A stretch of DNA of 64,000 nt from Methanotrichaceae archaeon. Its GTDB lineage: Archaea; Halobacteriota; Methanosarcinia; Methanotrichales; Methanotrichaceae. The notes beneath the pieces are model-generated. The model ran no database searches, had not been told where the DNA came from, and saw only the letters and a list, made by a program, of their open reading frames with translations. A program made the position numbers and the translations under genes. Location: the NCBI GenBank assembly GCA_963748825.1, contig CAVVKN010000006.1, positions 1-64,000 of the forward strand, written 5' to 3'. Positions 1 through 11,446 of this stretch are shown here, one piece after another. Numbering within the stretch: position 1 is the first letter of the stretch; the number at the start of each line of letters is the position of its first letter.

Positions 1-225
1 ATATGCGCAAGTGGCGCGAGTAGGACAAGAATTACGCATCAACACAGCCTGAATTCTATGAAAATCATATCTTATTTGCTCCTGATAGATAAAGGATTCA
101 TCGAAATAGTTCCTGAAGGCGCAAGGATTGTTCATAGAGCGACTCCAAAAGGAATGAGTGCGATGAAGAAGCTCGAACGCTTTCACGTCGAAATGGAAAA
201 AGTGGATATGCTCCTCCTTGCCTGA
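1..225 (+). CDS. Winged-helix transcriptional regulator (HTH_45-like), 5' end outside the window
   Basis: Frame 1 reads ICASGASRTRITHQHSLNSMKIISYLLLIDKGFIEI...RATPKG to TGA at 223-225; same pattern as the wHTH starting at 48937 (ICKDGANKTRIVYQANLNF...TTDRG). Confidence 0.7.
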   Translation: MCASGASRTRITHQHSLNSMKIISYLLLIDKGFIEIVPEGARIVHRATPKGMSAMKKLERFHVEMEKVDMLLLA

Positions 226-495
226 ATTTGCTTTAAAAGATTGAATCAATATCCTCCAGGCTATATTGGTCATATGGGTCGTTTCTACTATTATTATATC
301 ATAAATATTAACTTCATTTTTCTTGTACGGTTAATAGCAACATCGATACATATAGCCCATAGCTTTTAAAGATCATCATAATAATACGAAAGGCAATGAA
401 AGCATGGATGCCTAAGAAAACAGTAGATGGCAGGTTCAAATGAATCAAAAGACTTTTATCGTTTTGCTTTCCTGTTTATAGTGGGAGGGTCTGGG

Positions 496-996
496 ATGAG
501 AATTGCATTTGCAGTAATCATATCGCTAATAATATGCCTATTAGCCGTAGGCTGCTATGCCCAAAGCATGAGCTACCCGCAAAGCGTGGGTGGAGACTTC
601 GGCAGGAACTGGATTAGCAGCTTTAAAGCCCAAAATCCTCAGCCAGCGGAGCAGAATCTCAAAAATGACCTCTGGACATGGGGCAGCTCGCCTAAAGGAA
701 GCATAATGGTCAATGGAAATTTAGTACCAGATCCCTATTACATTTGGAAGTCTCTCAACTATACCAGTGGTTGGCTAGGAAAAGTATACGTTGACCCCAC
801 TACAGGATATCCGGTCTATGGTTATTTAGATCCCCACACAGGGATGCCAATCTATTATTATATAGACCCTAAGACAGGAAAGCCAGTCTATACGAATGCA
901 TATCCATCTTATAGATACCCCTATTATGGCAGTGTTCCGTCCTACTATTCACCAGATTACTTGCCAACAGGCTATGTGCTACCTACGGCATTCTAG
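496..996 (+). CDS. Secreted hypothetical protein with a Tyr/Pro-rich C-terminus
   Basis: Hydrophobic signal peptide from ATG 496; three Y-x-D-P-x-T-G-x-P repeats. Confidence 0.65.
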   Translation: MRIAFAVIISLIICLLAVGCYAQSMSYPQSVGGDFGRNWISSFKAQNPQPAEQNLKNDLWTWGSSPKGSIMVNGNLVPDPYYIWKSLNYTSGWLGKVYVDPTTGYPVYGYLDPHTGMPIYYYIDPKTGKPVYTNAYPSYRYPYYGSVPSYYSPDYLPTGYVLPTAF

Positions 997-1149
997 CAAC
1001 GGGAAATCCATTAATCCCCTTTCGTTCTCCTAATGGCCTGGTGTGTTGCTCCTTGATTTGTAGGAAGTCTGAGTAATACAGGTTGATAATAACGCTAAAT
1101 GCTCGGAACCTGCATTAGGATTTTACTAATGCATCTAAAATAAATATTA

Positions 1150-1437
1150 TTATATATTAATCTCATCCTCTACCTGGAACATCTCCGGCCACGTTCCCCA
1201 CTCCCCAAAGCTTCTATTCTCCTTGATTCTGCCCATCTCCTCAGGCCGGCACTTCTCCGTAAGCCGCCTCATAATCATATCCTCCACATCGCAAAGCTTT
1301 GCGTGGAAAACTTCTGCCAGGATCTGTTTTGCCGTCTCCAACTCTAAAGTCCGGGCATCGGCCGCTGAAAAAACAGGCTTTATCAGATGCTTTCGCGTTC
1401 TTCTCATGCGCTCAGGGACTATTGCCATAGCAGGCAA
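1150..1437 (-). CDS. Small helical hypothetical protein, paralogue of 29351-29581
   Basis: LELETAKQILAEVFHAKLCDVEDMIMRRL...WP aligns with MELETAKEILQEVFHARLEDVEDMIHSRL...WP. Confidence 0.7.
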   Translation of the reverse strand: MPAMAIVPERMRRTRKHLIKPVFSAADARTLELETAKQILAEVFHAKLCDVEDMIMRRLTEKCRPEEMGRIKENRSFGEWGTWPEMFQVEDEINI

Positions 1438-1684
1438 TTAGTACGTGTAAGAATAAGTAGTTTTCCTGAAAAAAGATTGCAGAAAACATTATTTACAATC
1501 AGAAAAGTATGAATAACATACAATATTGTGAATGATTCATTCTGAGTTTGGTCTCCCCGTTCCACTCTCAAAAGCCTGATTATATATCTCTAGAATCGAT
1601 GCCATCTTCTTAATCGTTCATCGACGAGGATCATATCGTCTTTGCCGCAAGGTTTTCATATACCGGCTCAGGAATTGATTATTT

Positions 1685-4514
1685 GTGAACGCTTTCGACC
1701 AGCTTCATGACCAGATCAGAGCAAAGCTAGTGGAAGAGTCCATCTTCGAGCCGACGAAGCCGCAAGAAGAGGCTATTCCTGCCATCCTCGCCGGAGAGAA
1801 CGTGCTTCTCATCGCACCCACAGGCACGGGAAAGACGGAGGCGGCCAGCCTGCCCATCTTTCACAAGATTCTCTCTAGCGAGCGCAAGGGCACAGAGGCC
1901 GTCTACATCACGCCCCTTCGAGCCCTGAACCGGGATATGCTGCGCCGGTTTCACGAATGGGGAGAGACGCTGCACATTACGGTCGCCGTTCGGCACGGCG
2001 ACACCAGTCAGGCGGATCGCAGAAAACAGGCCTTAAAGCCGCCGGACCTGCTGATCACCACCCCGGAGACGCTGCAGATGATGCTGACCGGCAAGCTCCT
2101 GCGCCAAAATCTCTCCACCGTCAAGACGGTCGTGGTAGATGAGGTGCATGAGATGGCCTCCTCCAAGCGCGGCTCGCAGCTGTCCGTGCTCCTGGAGAGG
2201 CTGGCAGAGCTGGCGGGCGACTTTCAAAGGATCGGGCTTTCCGCCACCGTCGGCTCGCCGCAGGCCGTGGCCAGGCTGCTCGTGGGAACGAAAGAAGCTT
2301 CAAAATTATCCAGACCGATGTGGAGAGAGCTAGCGATTTTCAGGTAGTAAGTCCTCAGCCCACGCGATCTGACTATGCCATGGCCGGCACCCTGGAGTGC
2401 GATCCCCGTCTGGCGGCGCAGATTCGCTTCATCCGGGAGACGGTGCACAACAAAAAGTGCCTCATCTTCGTCAACACCCGGCAGGCGGCGGAGGTCTTGG
2501 GCTCCCGGTTCCGCCAGCTTGGCGAGTCCATTGGCGTGCACCACGGCAGCCTCTCGGTGGAAGCGCGAGTGGAGGCAGAAGAGGCCTTCAAAGCCGGGGA
2601 CCTGCGCGGCCTGATCTGCACCTCCTCCATGGAACTGGGAATTGACATTGGCGATGTGGACCACGTCATCCAGTACAGTTCGCCACGTGAGGTTTCGCGT
2701 CTTCTGCAACGAGTAGGCCGTGCCGGGCACAAGATCGGCCTCATCTCTTCCGGGACCATCATCGCCACCTGCGCCGATGACGTGGCAGAGGGCTGCGCCA
2801 TTTCCAGGGCAGCTGCTGCCGGCGAGCTGGAAGCCATCCTGATTCATGAGAAGCCCACTGATGTGCTCGCTAACCAGATTGTGGGACTGGAGATGGATTT
2901 TGGGGACATCAGCCGGGAGAAGGCGCCACAGAATCGTCACCAGAGCCTATCCCTTCCGGGACCTCTTGATGGGGGAGATGAACGGCGTCATCACTCAAAT
3001 GGAGGAGCACAGGCTTGTGCGGCTGGACGGCGACGTTCTGCAAAGGACTGGCAAGGCACGGGAGTACTACATAGAGAACCTCTCCATGATCCCGGATGAG
3101 AAGAGGTACAATGTCTATGACATCGTTGGCCGCAGATCCGTAGGAACTCTGGATGAGGCCTTTGTCATCAGCTTCGCCCAGCCGGGAGCCACTTTCGTCA
3201 CCAAGGGAGAGATCTGGGAGATCACTGAGATCGCAGAGAACGAGATCAAGGTGGTGCCCATTCACCGAAGCGGAGAGATTCCCAGCTGGACGGGAGAAGA
3301 GATTCCCGTTCCCTTCGCTGTAGCCCAGGAGGTAGGAAGCATACGGCGGGAGATCCGGCAGATCCTGGAAAACGAGGGCGGCAGCGAAGGCGGAAGCGAC
3401 GCCGGCAACGGAAGCGAACTGGCTGTAGCAATGCTGCGGGGAAAGTATCCGCTAGACAGGGAAGCAGCAGAGGAGCTGGTCGATCTCATTAAGAAGCAGA
3501 TGGAAAAAAACCTGCCCGTTCCTGATGAATCTCACATCGTGGTGGAGAGCGGAGGAGAGGGGGCCATCATCAACGCTTGCTTCGGCCACAAGACGAACGA
3601 CACCTTAGGCAGGGTCATAACCTCCATCCTCTCGGCAAGATTTGGCAGCAGCGTGGCCCTGCAGATAGATCCCTACCGAATCGAGCTGACGCTGCCCAAA
3701 GCTCTTCTGGCCGAGGAGATCAGAAAGCTGCTCTTGGAGCTTGATCCGACCTACGTGGAGCCCATCCTGGAAATGACTCTCAAGAACACCACACTTTTGC
3801 GCTGGAAGATGGTGCACGTGGCCCGCAAGTTCGGGGCCTTTTCCCGGGATGTGGACTATCAGAGGGTGAGCATGGCCAAGCTTTTGGCCGTCTTCGAGGG
3901 TACGCCCATGCACCGAGAGGCGCTACGGGAGATCTATCATGACCGGCTGGACCTGGAGCGGGCGAAGTGGGTCCTGGAGAAGATTCGGGACGGCTCGATC
4001 GAGATTATTACCAGCTCACTCAGTCCAATCGGAACCTGTGGAAGGGGTGGGGGCCGGGACGTCACCTCACCTGAGCACGCCGACGCCGCTGTCATTGATC
4101 TCTTAAAGAACCGTATCATGAACGACCGGGTCCTTTTGTTTTGCGTAAACTGCAAGAAATGGAAGAGCATGCGGCAGGTTGAGCGGGTGCCCTGAGCAGC
4201 CCGAATGTCCTTTATGCGGATCACGCATGGTGGCGGCCCTCAAGCCCTGGGAGGAGGAGGAGATCAAGATCGTCAAGAAGCCGGAGAAGAAGAAGACTGC
4301 AGAGGACAAGCGCAGGACAAAGCGGGTCTTTCGCAATGCCAACTTGGTCTTGAGCTACGGCAAGACAGCAGCCATCGCCCTGGCCAGCCGGGGGCTGGGG
4401 CCGGATACGGCAGCGCGCGTCGTCGGAAAGAGGCAGAGGGACGAGCTGGAGTTTTACAGGGATATCCTGAAGGCGGAGAGGGAGTATGCCAGGACGAAGA
4501 GGTTTTGGGGATGA
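1685..4514 (+). pseudogene. lhr: Lhr-family SF2 ATP-dependent helicase split by three frameshifts (real pseudogene or sequencing indels)
   Basis: [39 protein letters not shown] and a C-terminal CxxC/CPLC Zn finger spread over ORFs 1685-2347, 2320-3099, 2846-4195 and 4179-4514; single-base indels near 2292, 2926 and 4191. Confidence 0.88.
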
Positions 4515-4623
4515 AATGCCCAGGATTTTTATCAGGAGACCTTGGATGGTGTTGGTGCTCCAAAAAAGGCAAGAAAATACTTTTTCCGACAGAGTTTAAT
4601 TCTTTGCAATCATTTTTATTATC

Positions 4624-5277
4624 ATGAATTCCCGATCCTTCCCCTGTCAGCTCATAAGCTGGGATGAAGCTTACCAGCTTTCCCGGAAGCTGGCCAAAGA
4701 GATTAAGTCTTCCCGCTTTCGTCCCGATCTGGTTATTGCCATCGGTCGAGGGGGATTCGTTCCTGCAAGGATAGTCTGTGACTTTCTCCTGCACAGTCTT
4801 TTAACCAGCATCAAGATAGAGCATTGGGATATTGCCGCTTGCAAAAGGCCAGAGGCAGCGGTCCGTTTTCCTTTGGCCGTCGATGTCCAAGATCAAAGCA
4901 TTCTGATCATCGATGATGTTACCGATACGGGAGACACCCTCCGAGCAGCTCTGGATTATGTAAAGTCATTAGGGGCAGGCGAGACCAAGACAGGAGTCAT
5001 GCAGCACAAGACAACCTCCTCTGTAGTGCCGGATTTTTATGCAGATGTCATAAAGGATTGGAGATGGATAATCTACCCCTGGGCCGCCCACGAGGATCTG
5101 GTGGGTTTTACTGAGAAGGTTCTCTCTGTTGAGCTTGAGACGAGAGAGCAGATCCGCGCCAGACTGAAAGAACAGTACACACTGGTTCTGGATGAAAACT
5201 GCCTTACAGAAGTGCTGGATGATCTGATTGAGATGAAAAAGGCCGAGAAAATCCAGGCGAAGTATAGAAAGATCTGA
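4624..5277 (+). CDS. Purine phosphoribosyltransferase-family protein
   Basis: IAIGRGG, PRPP-binding motif LIIDDVTDTGDT, WIIYPW. Confidence 0.9.
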   Translation: MNSRSFPCQLISWDEAYQLSRKLAKEIKSSRFRPDLVIAIGRGGFVPARIVCDFLLHSLLTSIKIEHWDIAACKRPEAAVRFPLAVDVQDQSILIIDDVTDTGDTLRAALDYVKSLGAGETKTGVMQHKTTSSVVPDFYADVIKDWRWIIYPWAAHEDLVGFTEKVLSVELETREQIRARLKEQYTLVLDENCLTEVLDDLIEMKKAEKIQAKYRKI

Positions 5278-5347
5278 GGCAAGATCTTTCGGCCAAATCA
5301 ACCAATCAAATCCTGCATTTTGTCGACAGCAATCTGCTTCTTGCCTT

Positions 5348-7699
5348 TCAGCTATCCCGTTTCACATCTCTCTGCACTCTCTGCGGCTCACATTTCCCCA
5401 GAGCCTCTCTCAGGTCCTCCATCTTCACCGGCTTGCTGATGTAGCCATCCATGCCGGCATCCAGACACCGTTCCCTGTCTCCCTCTAAAGCGCAGGCAGT
5501 AAGAGCAATGATGCAAGGCTGCTCCGCAAGAGGCCATCGCTTGCGAATCAGGCTGGCAGCTTCCAGTCCATCCATCTTAGGCATCTGAATATCCATGAGT
5601 ATCAGATCATAGTGCTGCTTCTCCAGGGCTTCTAAAACTTCCTGCCCGTCATCGGCGATGTCTGCCCGAAATCCCAGCTTCCTGAGCATTTTCTTTATGA
5701 CTCTCTTATTCACCTCATTATCTTCAGCAATTAGGATGCGCAATTCATCATTAATCTCCTTATGAAAGTCGCCCTCCGTGCGCCCTTGAGCCTGGCAGAG
5801 GGACTGGCGCAGGCAAGGAGAGGACGCATCTTTTCCGCCGAGAGAGGAGGCAAGAGTGTAGTCAATATCCACCGGAACTGAGAAGTGAAAGGTAGAGCCC
5901 TTGCCTAGTTCCGATTTTATCCAGATCCGGCCTCCCATGATATCCACCAGCTTTTGGCAAATGGCCAGTCCCAAGCCCGTCCCTCCGTACTTTCGAGTAG
6001 TGGACATGTCTACCTGGCTGAAGGATTGAAATAGCCTGTTAATCCTTTCCGGCGGTATCCCTATTCCCGTATCTTGAACCGCAAAGTGAAGATGGATTCC
6101 ATGGCCTGCCTGGCCTACCTGGCACTCTTCTTCCTGGTTCTCTTTGCTCTTTTTCGCCATGCCTTCCTTATCTGCCTGAGAGTTGACACTGACCATCACC
6201 TCGCCCTCCTCAGTAAACTTTACGGCGTTGCTAAGGAGGTTTATCAAGATCTGTCGCAGCCTGGTTGGATCGCTATTAATACTGTCAGGCACAGATCCAT
6301 CAATCTGATAGTGCAGCTTCAAGCCCTTTTCTCTGGCATTGACAGCCAGCAAATTCAAGCTGCCCGCCAAAAAACTCTGGAGATGGATGGTCTTTTTTTC
6401 CAGCTCCATCCGGCCAGCTTCGATCTTGGAAAAATCCAGAATATCGTTGATGGTTGCCAGCAGAGCATCTCCGCTGCATTTTATGATCTCGACGCACTCT
6501 CGCTGCTCAAAATCCAGACTGGACCCAAGAAGAAGACCGGTCATGCCTATTACCGCATTCATGGGAGTTCGGATCTCATGGCTCATGTTGGCCAGAAACT
6601 CGGCTTTCGCTTTTGCTCCTTCTTCAGCTGATTCCTTGGCCTGCTTGAGGGCCATCTCAGATGCTTTCCGCTCTGTAATATCGGTGATAATGCCCCTCCA
6701 GCCCACCAATTTGCCGTCTCTCTCGATCCGGGTGGCATAAACCATTGCAGGAAAAGTGCTGCCATCCTTCCTTAGCATCCGGTATTCATAGGAACTATGC
6801 CGAGGCAGGGTATGCAGAGGCAGGGACGATGGTACTGGCTGATGTCCTAAGTCCTCCTCCATCCTCTTCCTCTCCTCAGAAGCCAAAACCTTGAGGACTT
6901 GCAGACCTTTTTTCAGATCGTCGGGAGTGTATCCAAAGGTCGCCAGGCCGAAGCTGTTGGCAAATATGATGTTTCCTTGAGCGTCCAGCTCGAAGACAGT
7001 CTGGGGAAGGAGTTCCGCTAGCTCACGATATCTTCTTTCGCTCTCCTTCATGGCCTCCTCTGCCTCGATCCGGGCGATGATTCCGGCTGTCAAAGCCGCC
7101 AGAGCTTCCAAGGCCATGCGTGCGTTCTGAGGAAAATCGTCAAAGGTCCGGGAGACGAGGATTATGGCCGCAATAGCTCGGTCGTTGTGTTTGACTGGAA
7201 AATCTGCTATGGATCTAAACCCTTCCACGCGCATATCCTCAAAGGGAGATGAGGCAATGTACGAGCGATCTCTGTAGACCCATTTTCCCGCCTTGACTAT
7301 TTGCGCCCTGGCAGAATTTGGACCGCAATTTGAGCATCCTTTAGCAAATCTCTCTGAAAGACCCTTGTGAAGCACCATATTTACCCCACCAGCTTCGTCG
7401 ACAAGGTAAACGGCTCCACCGTCTATGCCCTCAATTCTTAAAGCCGCATCAAATATTCGGCGCAAAGCTTCCTTAATGCTATCCGCAGAAATGAGAGCTA
7501 CTGCCAGGTCACGCTGCAGTAGCAGCAGCTCTTCTATGTGCCTACGCTCATTGATCTTGGCCTGCAGCATCTCATTGCTTCTCTCTAGCTGCCTATTTGC
7601 CCGGATCAATTCGGCAATATCCTCTTTGGCCGGAGTCTCTCCTTTGTCTTTTAGAGTGCCAGGATTCTCTTTGCCAGGATAATTAGTGTTATCAAGCAT
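5348..7699 (-). CDS. Hybrid sensor histidine kinase (GAF-PAS-HisKA-HATPase-receiver)
   Basis: FLANMSHEIRTPMN H-box, NLLSNAVKFT, DTGIGI, GGTGLGLAI; receiver motifs AEDN, MDIQMP, SKP. Confidence 0.95.
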   Translation of the reverse strand: MLDNTNYPGKENPGTLKDKGETPAKEDIAELIRANRQLERSNEMLQAKINERRHIEELLLLQRDLAVALISADSIKEALRRIFDAALRIEGIDGGAVYLVDEAGGVNMVLHKGLSERFAKGCSNCGPNSARAQIVKAGKWVYRDRSYIASSPFEDMRVEGFRSIADFPVKHNDRAIAAIILVSRTFDDFPQNARMALEALAALTAGIIARIEAEEAMKESERRYRELAELLPQTVFELDAQGNIIFANSFGLATFGYTPDDLKKGLQVLKVLASEERKRMEEDLGHQPVPSSLPLHTLPRHSSYEYRMLRKDGSTFPAMVYATRIERDGKLVGWRGIITDITERKASEMALKQAKESAEEGAKAKAEFLANMSHEIRTPMNAVIGMTGLLLGSSLDFEQRECVEIIKCSGDALLATINDILDFSKIEAGRMELEKKTIHLQSFLAGSLNLLAVNAREKGLKLHYQIDGSVPDSINSDPTRLRQILINLLSNAVKFTEEGEVMVSVNSQADKEGMAKKSKENQEEECQVGQAGHGIHLHFAVQDTGIGIPPERINRLFQSFSQVDMSTTRKYGGTGLGLAICQKLVDIMGGRIWIKSELGKGSTFHFSVPVDIDYTLASSLGGKDASSPCLRQSLCQAQGRTEGDFHKEINDELRILIAEDNEVNKRVIKKMLRKLGFRADIADDGQEVLEALEKQHYDLILMDIQMPKMDGLEAASLIRKRWPLAEQPCIIALTACALEGDRERCLDAGMDGYISKPVKMEDLREALGKCEPQRVQRDVKRDS

Positions 7700-8290
7700 C
7701 CCTTACAAGTTCTCCACAAGTCTTGATACCGAAGAGACCGCTTCTCTTTCGTTATGCTATCCACTTCTGATGAGAATGTGCAGTCCCGATAAAAACGTTT
7801 TCATGCCACAATTTCTCGTTATCTAACCCACGATCCGCATTAAAGATCAAATGACGAATAATTTTCTTGCTATCGATTGTGATATATAAATATTATTATG
7901 CAAAAGTTTTATTAATTTTTAAATTTATGAATTTAACAATATGGGGAAATATGGGATCTCTACGCCAGAGTATTCGGTCGGGACTTATCATTACAACTGA
8001 GGCCTGTTTAATATATTAAATTTTAAATTTTTTATATTTATAATTAATCTATTAAATCGCTATCAAGAAAATTAGTTAGGTTTGGGATTTTACTGCGGAT
8101 TGTGGGATCTAAGAATAGTCTCTGCTCGTACAAAACGCAAGGCTCATTCCTGACCAATGATATCTTCGAAAGAGCAAAAAGCATCTACATTGGCTGAGGG
8201 TTGTGCAAAAGATGCACGACGTGGAAAAAAGCGCACGTCGCCAAGATGAATCCAGATAGCATAAAATGGAAGTCCGCAATGGGCAAAAAA

Positions 8291-9130
8291 CTATGTAAAT
8301 TGATCCGCATCCTTCTCCAGAACACCTATCCTTGGCGGTTTTATTCCTCGTTTGGAGAACTCGACCCATGCTCGCCTCGTAACATCAGTCTCAAAAATGA
8401 ACTCATACCGGAAATCATTGGCATATCCCTTGGACCGGATGCGCTTATAGAATGGAAAATCTTTCATAAGGATTACATAAGGGTGCTTCTCTGATAGCCG
8501 AATGTATTTGGAAGTCACCAGCGCTTCTTTTAGAATGTTCATGGCCAAGTTGGCATCGCAGCTCGGATCGATGAAAAGATCAATCATCACCATCATTTCC
8601 AGGTTTCCTGCATTGACATTCGCTACTGGATCTTGAAAGATCGAGCCGTTTGGCACCGACACCAAAGTATCATCAGGTGTTACCAGCCGGGTTACTCTGA
8701 GCCCGATATCCTTCACTTCTCCGTAATGACCGCCCATAGTTACCTTGTCGCCGATCTGATAGGGCCTTTCCACGATGGTCAGCAGACCTCCCACTACATC
8801 GGCAAAGAGGCCTTGTAGTCCGAAGCCCAGGCCTGCTCCAAAGAGACCGGAGAAAAGGACGAGCTGATCAGATGCGATCTTTAGGATGCCCGCTAAAATG
8901 TAATAGATACCTGCGAAATAGAAAGTGAATTTTAAAAGCGGTATCAACATCTTGACAGTTATCCTGTTCAGCCCGATGACATTGAGAGCATTGCGTTCCG
9001 AGAGGCTGGTCAGCACATAGGTGGTGATGCGGCTGGCAGCATAGGCCAGCAGGAGCACGGCTATTGAGCTTAATATGGTGGGTGGATCTATAATTTGGAA
9101 AAGCCCTGAAATGATATCTCCATTCGCCAT
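8291..9130 (-). CDS. mscS: Small-conductance mechanosensitive channel (MscS family)
   Basis: Three TM segments, GLGFGLQ, RPYQIGDKV, GEVKDIGLRVT, VSVPN. Confidence 0.9.
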   Translation of the reverse strand: MANGDIISGLFQIIDPPTILSSIAVLLLAYAASRITTYVLTSLSERNALNVIGLNRITVKMLIPLLKFTFYFAGIYYILAGILKIASDQLVLFSGLFGAGLGFGLQGLFADVVGGLLTIVERPYQIGDKVTMGGHYGEVKDIGLRVTRLVTPDDTLVSVPNGSIFQDPVANVNAGNLEMMVMIDLFIDPSCDANLAMNILKEALVTSKYIRLSEKHPYVILMKDFPFYKRIRSKGYANDFRYEFIFETDVTRRAWVEFSKRGIKPPRIGVLEKDADQFT

Positions 9131-10201
9131 TTACCACACCAACTGCATGCTCTTCAGGTAGTTTTCTATGCTATGCAATGCCTCGGGCATGATGCTCAGA
9201 AGCTCGTTCTCGACAGATATCAGGTCGGTCCTCTCCAGATCGTGGACAAATCGATTTACATTGGCGTTAGGATCTATTATGCCATTTAACTCTTCAATGC
9301 TGACGTGCTCCATGCACAGGATTACATACAACAAGAAAGCCTGGTCGTAATTGAGATCAATTTTATGCTGTGGCTTAATTATATCTCCTGGCTTGATAGC
9401 GCCTTCGGCTCTGGAAACGCTTCTCATCCAGATAGCTTTGGCCGCACCCGGGTTTCCTTCTGAATAATCCAGGAGCCTATTGAACACTTTGTCCTCAACA
9501 GAGACCGTTTCTTTCTTCTTCGATCTTTTAAATCTGTCAGGCAACCTGGACTTTAGAGCTGTGTAATCGAACACAGGAACTGGAATCTGGAGTGTTCGCT
9601 TCAATGGTTTCACTTCAATAGGGGTCCTGGTGAAATGAAGGATCTTTTCCTCCTGAATTGTTTGTTCCTCTTCAAAGCTCATTTCCCATTCACAGGAGGA
9701 CATGATCATCTCTTTTAGATCCTGAGAATTGAGTTTTGGCAGCTCTATCTTCAAGGGAAATATTTGCTGCAGAGGAAACAGCCTAGATAAATAATTCCAG
9801 GAATAAATGTTCCAGGTAGTTATGAATAATTTACTGGATGAAGCTACAAGATTTAAAAAATTGTCCAGCATCTGAAAGCCGCCAATCTTTCGCATATAAA
9901 GGAAGTGGCAGTTATCCACCAAGACTATTCCCCCAGACGTTGCAAGAGCTTCAAAAAGAGTCTTATCCTTTACCAGCCCTCTTAGATAAATTTTTGAGGT
10001 ATTCTCGGGACGAATCCCGGCAACTCTGCCCAAAAGCTCGCTGCTGCCGGAAAAAGGTTCGGATACGATTGCTATATTAGATCTGCCCTCAATTTGCAGT
10101 TTGTCGATGCTCTCTCGAATGGTCTTGAGCGTCTCATCAAATCCGAATAGTTCTTGATAGCTATCATCTTCCTTAATGACACATTGTGCAGATACCATCA
10201 A
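9131..10201 (-). CDS. P-loop/AAA-like protein with degenerate Walker A and a C-terminal wHTH, directly upstream of mscS
   Basis: IAIVSEPFSGSS, IVLVDNCH, SEGNPG; its stop codon directly abuts the mscS ATG. Confidence 0.6.
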   Translation of the reverse strand: MMVSAQCVIKEDDSYQELFGFDETLKTIRESIDKLQIEGRSNIAIVSEPFSGSSELLGRVAGIRPENTSKIYLRGLVKDKTLFEALATSGGIVLVDNCHFLYMRKIGGFQMLDNFLNLVASSSKLFITTWNIYSWNYLSRLFPLQQIFPLKIELPKLNSQDLKEMIMSSCEWEMSFEEEQTIQEEKILHFTRTPIEVKPLKRTLQIPVPVFDYTALKSRLPDRFKRSKKKETVSVEDKVFNRLLDYSEGNPGAAKAIWMRSVSRAEGAIKPGDIIKPQHKIDLNYDQAFLLYVILCMEHVSIEELNGIIDPNANVNRFVHDLERTDLISVENELLSIMPEALHSIENYLKSMQLVW

Positions 10202-10295
10202 TCCTCATAATCTCTTTATGCTAATAAATTGAACTCTTGAAATATGATCTTTCTCTAAATATGATTTACCCCTAAAAAAGTTATCGGATTCTCAT

Positions 10296-10733
10296 CTATT
10301 TGAGATCCGATGTGCAGTGCGAGCACTTGACTGCCGCCTTGGGAATGCTCTCCTTGCAAAAGGGGCACTCCTTGCTGTTGGGCTCGGGAGGTGCAGGCTT
10401 TTTCTTCAGAGCGTTCACCTGACGGATCAACATGAACACAGCCAACGCCACTATGAGGAAACTGATTACGGCATTTATAAATAGACCATAATTGATAGTA
10501 GGTGCGGCTGCTGTCTGAGCTTCTGCCAAAGTGGCATACGTTTTTCCGTCTAAAGCTATGAATAAGTCGGCAAAGTTTATGCCCCCCATGATCATGCCGA
10601 TGGGCGGCATGATGACATCTTTTACCAACGAATTGACTATGCTGCCAAAGGCTGCACCGATGATGATACCTACCGCCATGTCTATGACGTTTCCCTTCAC
10701 TGCGAATTCCTTAAACTCACTGATAAATCCCAT
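10296..10733 (-). CDS. mscL: Large-conductance mechanosensitive channel with a C-terminal Zn ribbon
   Basis: [39 protein letters not shown]; CPFC...CSHC tail. Confidence 0.93.
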   Translation of the reverse strand: MGFISEFKEFAVKGNVIDMAVGIIIGAAFGSIVNSLVKDVIMPPIGMIMGGINFADLFIALDGKTYATLAEAQTAAAPTINYGLFINAVISFLIVALAVFMLIRQVNALKKKPAPPEPNSKECPFCKESIPKAAVKCSHCTSDLK

Positions 10734-10998
10734 GATTCCTTACCCCTTTTAAAGATACTCTAATTTCTTTTTAATATTGGATGCTCAAATTATAAATTCT
10801 TTATGCAAGGAATCAGCATATATTCTATTGATATCAGTATGATTTGTCAGGGGAAATGTTAATGTATTTGCATTAAGTGTAGTTGTTGTAATCATTTCGA
10901 TATGAAGGTATCAATTCTAAGAAGGATAAAATAATATTTATGAATATATGGATTTCGTATAGGAAAAAATTAGTAGGAAGAGATCTATTCAAATCTTG

Positions 10999-11418
10999 AT
11001 GAAAGAATATTCCAATAAAGAGGTCAAAGTTCTCTGGGACCCGGAAAAGTGCATACATGCCAGAGAGTGCGTGAAGGGTCTGCCGGAAGTGTTCTGCCGG
11101 GATAGCACGCCCTGGATAAATATGCAAGGGGCAAGCTCTGAAGAGATCATGAAGATCGTAGATCGATGTCCTTCCGGGGCTTTGACCTACGAAAAGGTGG
11201 GATCGGAAAATGGGAAGAGCGTAAATTCACCCTGTGCAAAGATCAAAGTGATGAAAAACGGTCCCCTGCTGGTGGAAGGCGGATGCTCTTTGGTCGATAA
11301 TGAAGGCAAAGAATTAGCCGGCCGGGGATCTTATGCCCTATGCAGATGCGGCCGTTCTGGGAAGAAGCCGTTGTGCGATGGAACTCACACTAGAATAGGA
11401 TTTGACGATACAAAATAA
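10999..11418 (+). CDS. Fe-S protein: Fer4_19 (YjdI-like) plus CDGSH-type domain
   Basis: CIHARECVKGLPEVF...RCPSGAL and ALCRCGRSGKKPLCDGTH. Confidence 0.88.
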   Translation: MKEYSNKEVKVLWDPEKCIHARECVKGLPEVFCRDSTPWINMQGASSEEIMKIVDRCPSGALTYEKVGSENGKSVNSPCAKIKVMKNGPLLVEGGCSLVDNEGKELAGRGSYALCRCGRSGKKPLCDGTHTRIGFDDTK

Positions 11419-11446
11419 AAAAAGGAAAAAAAGCTAGATCCCGGCC

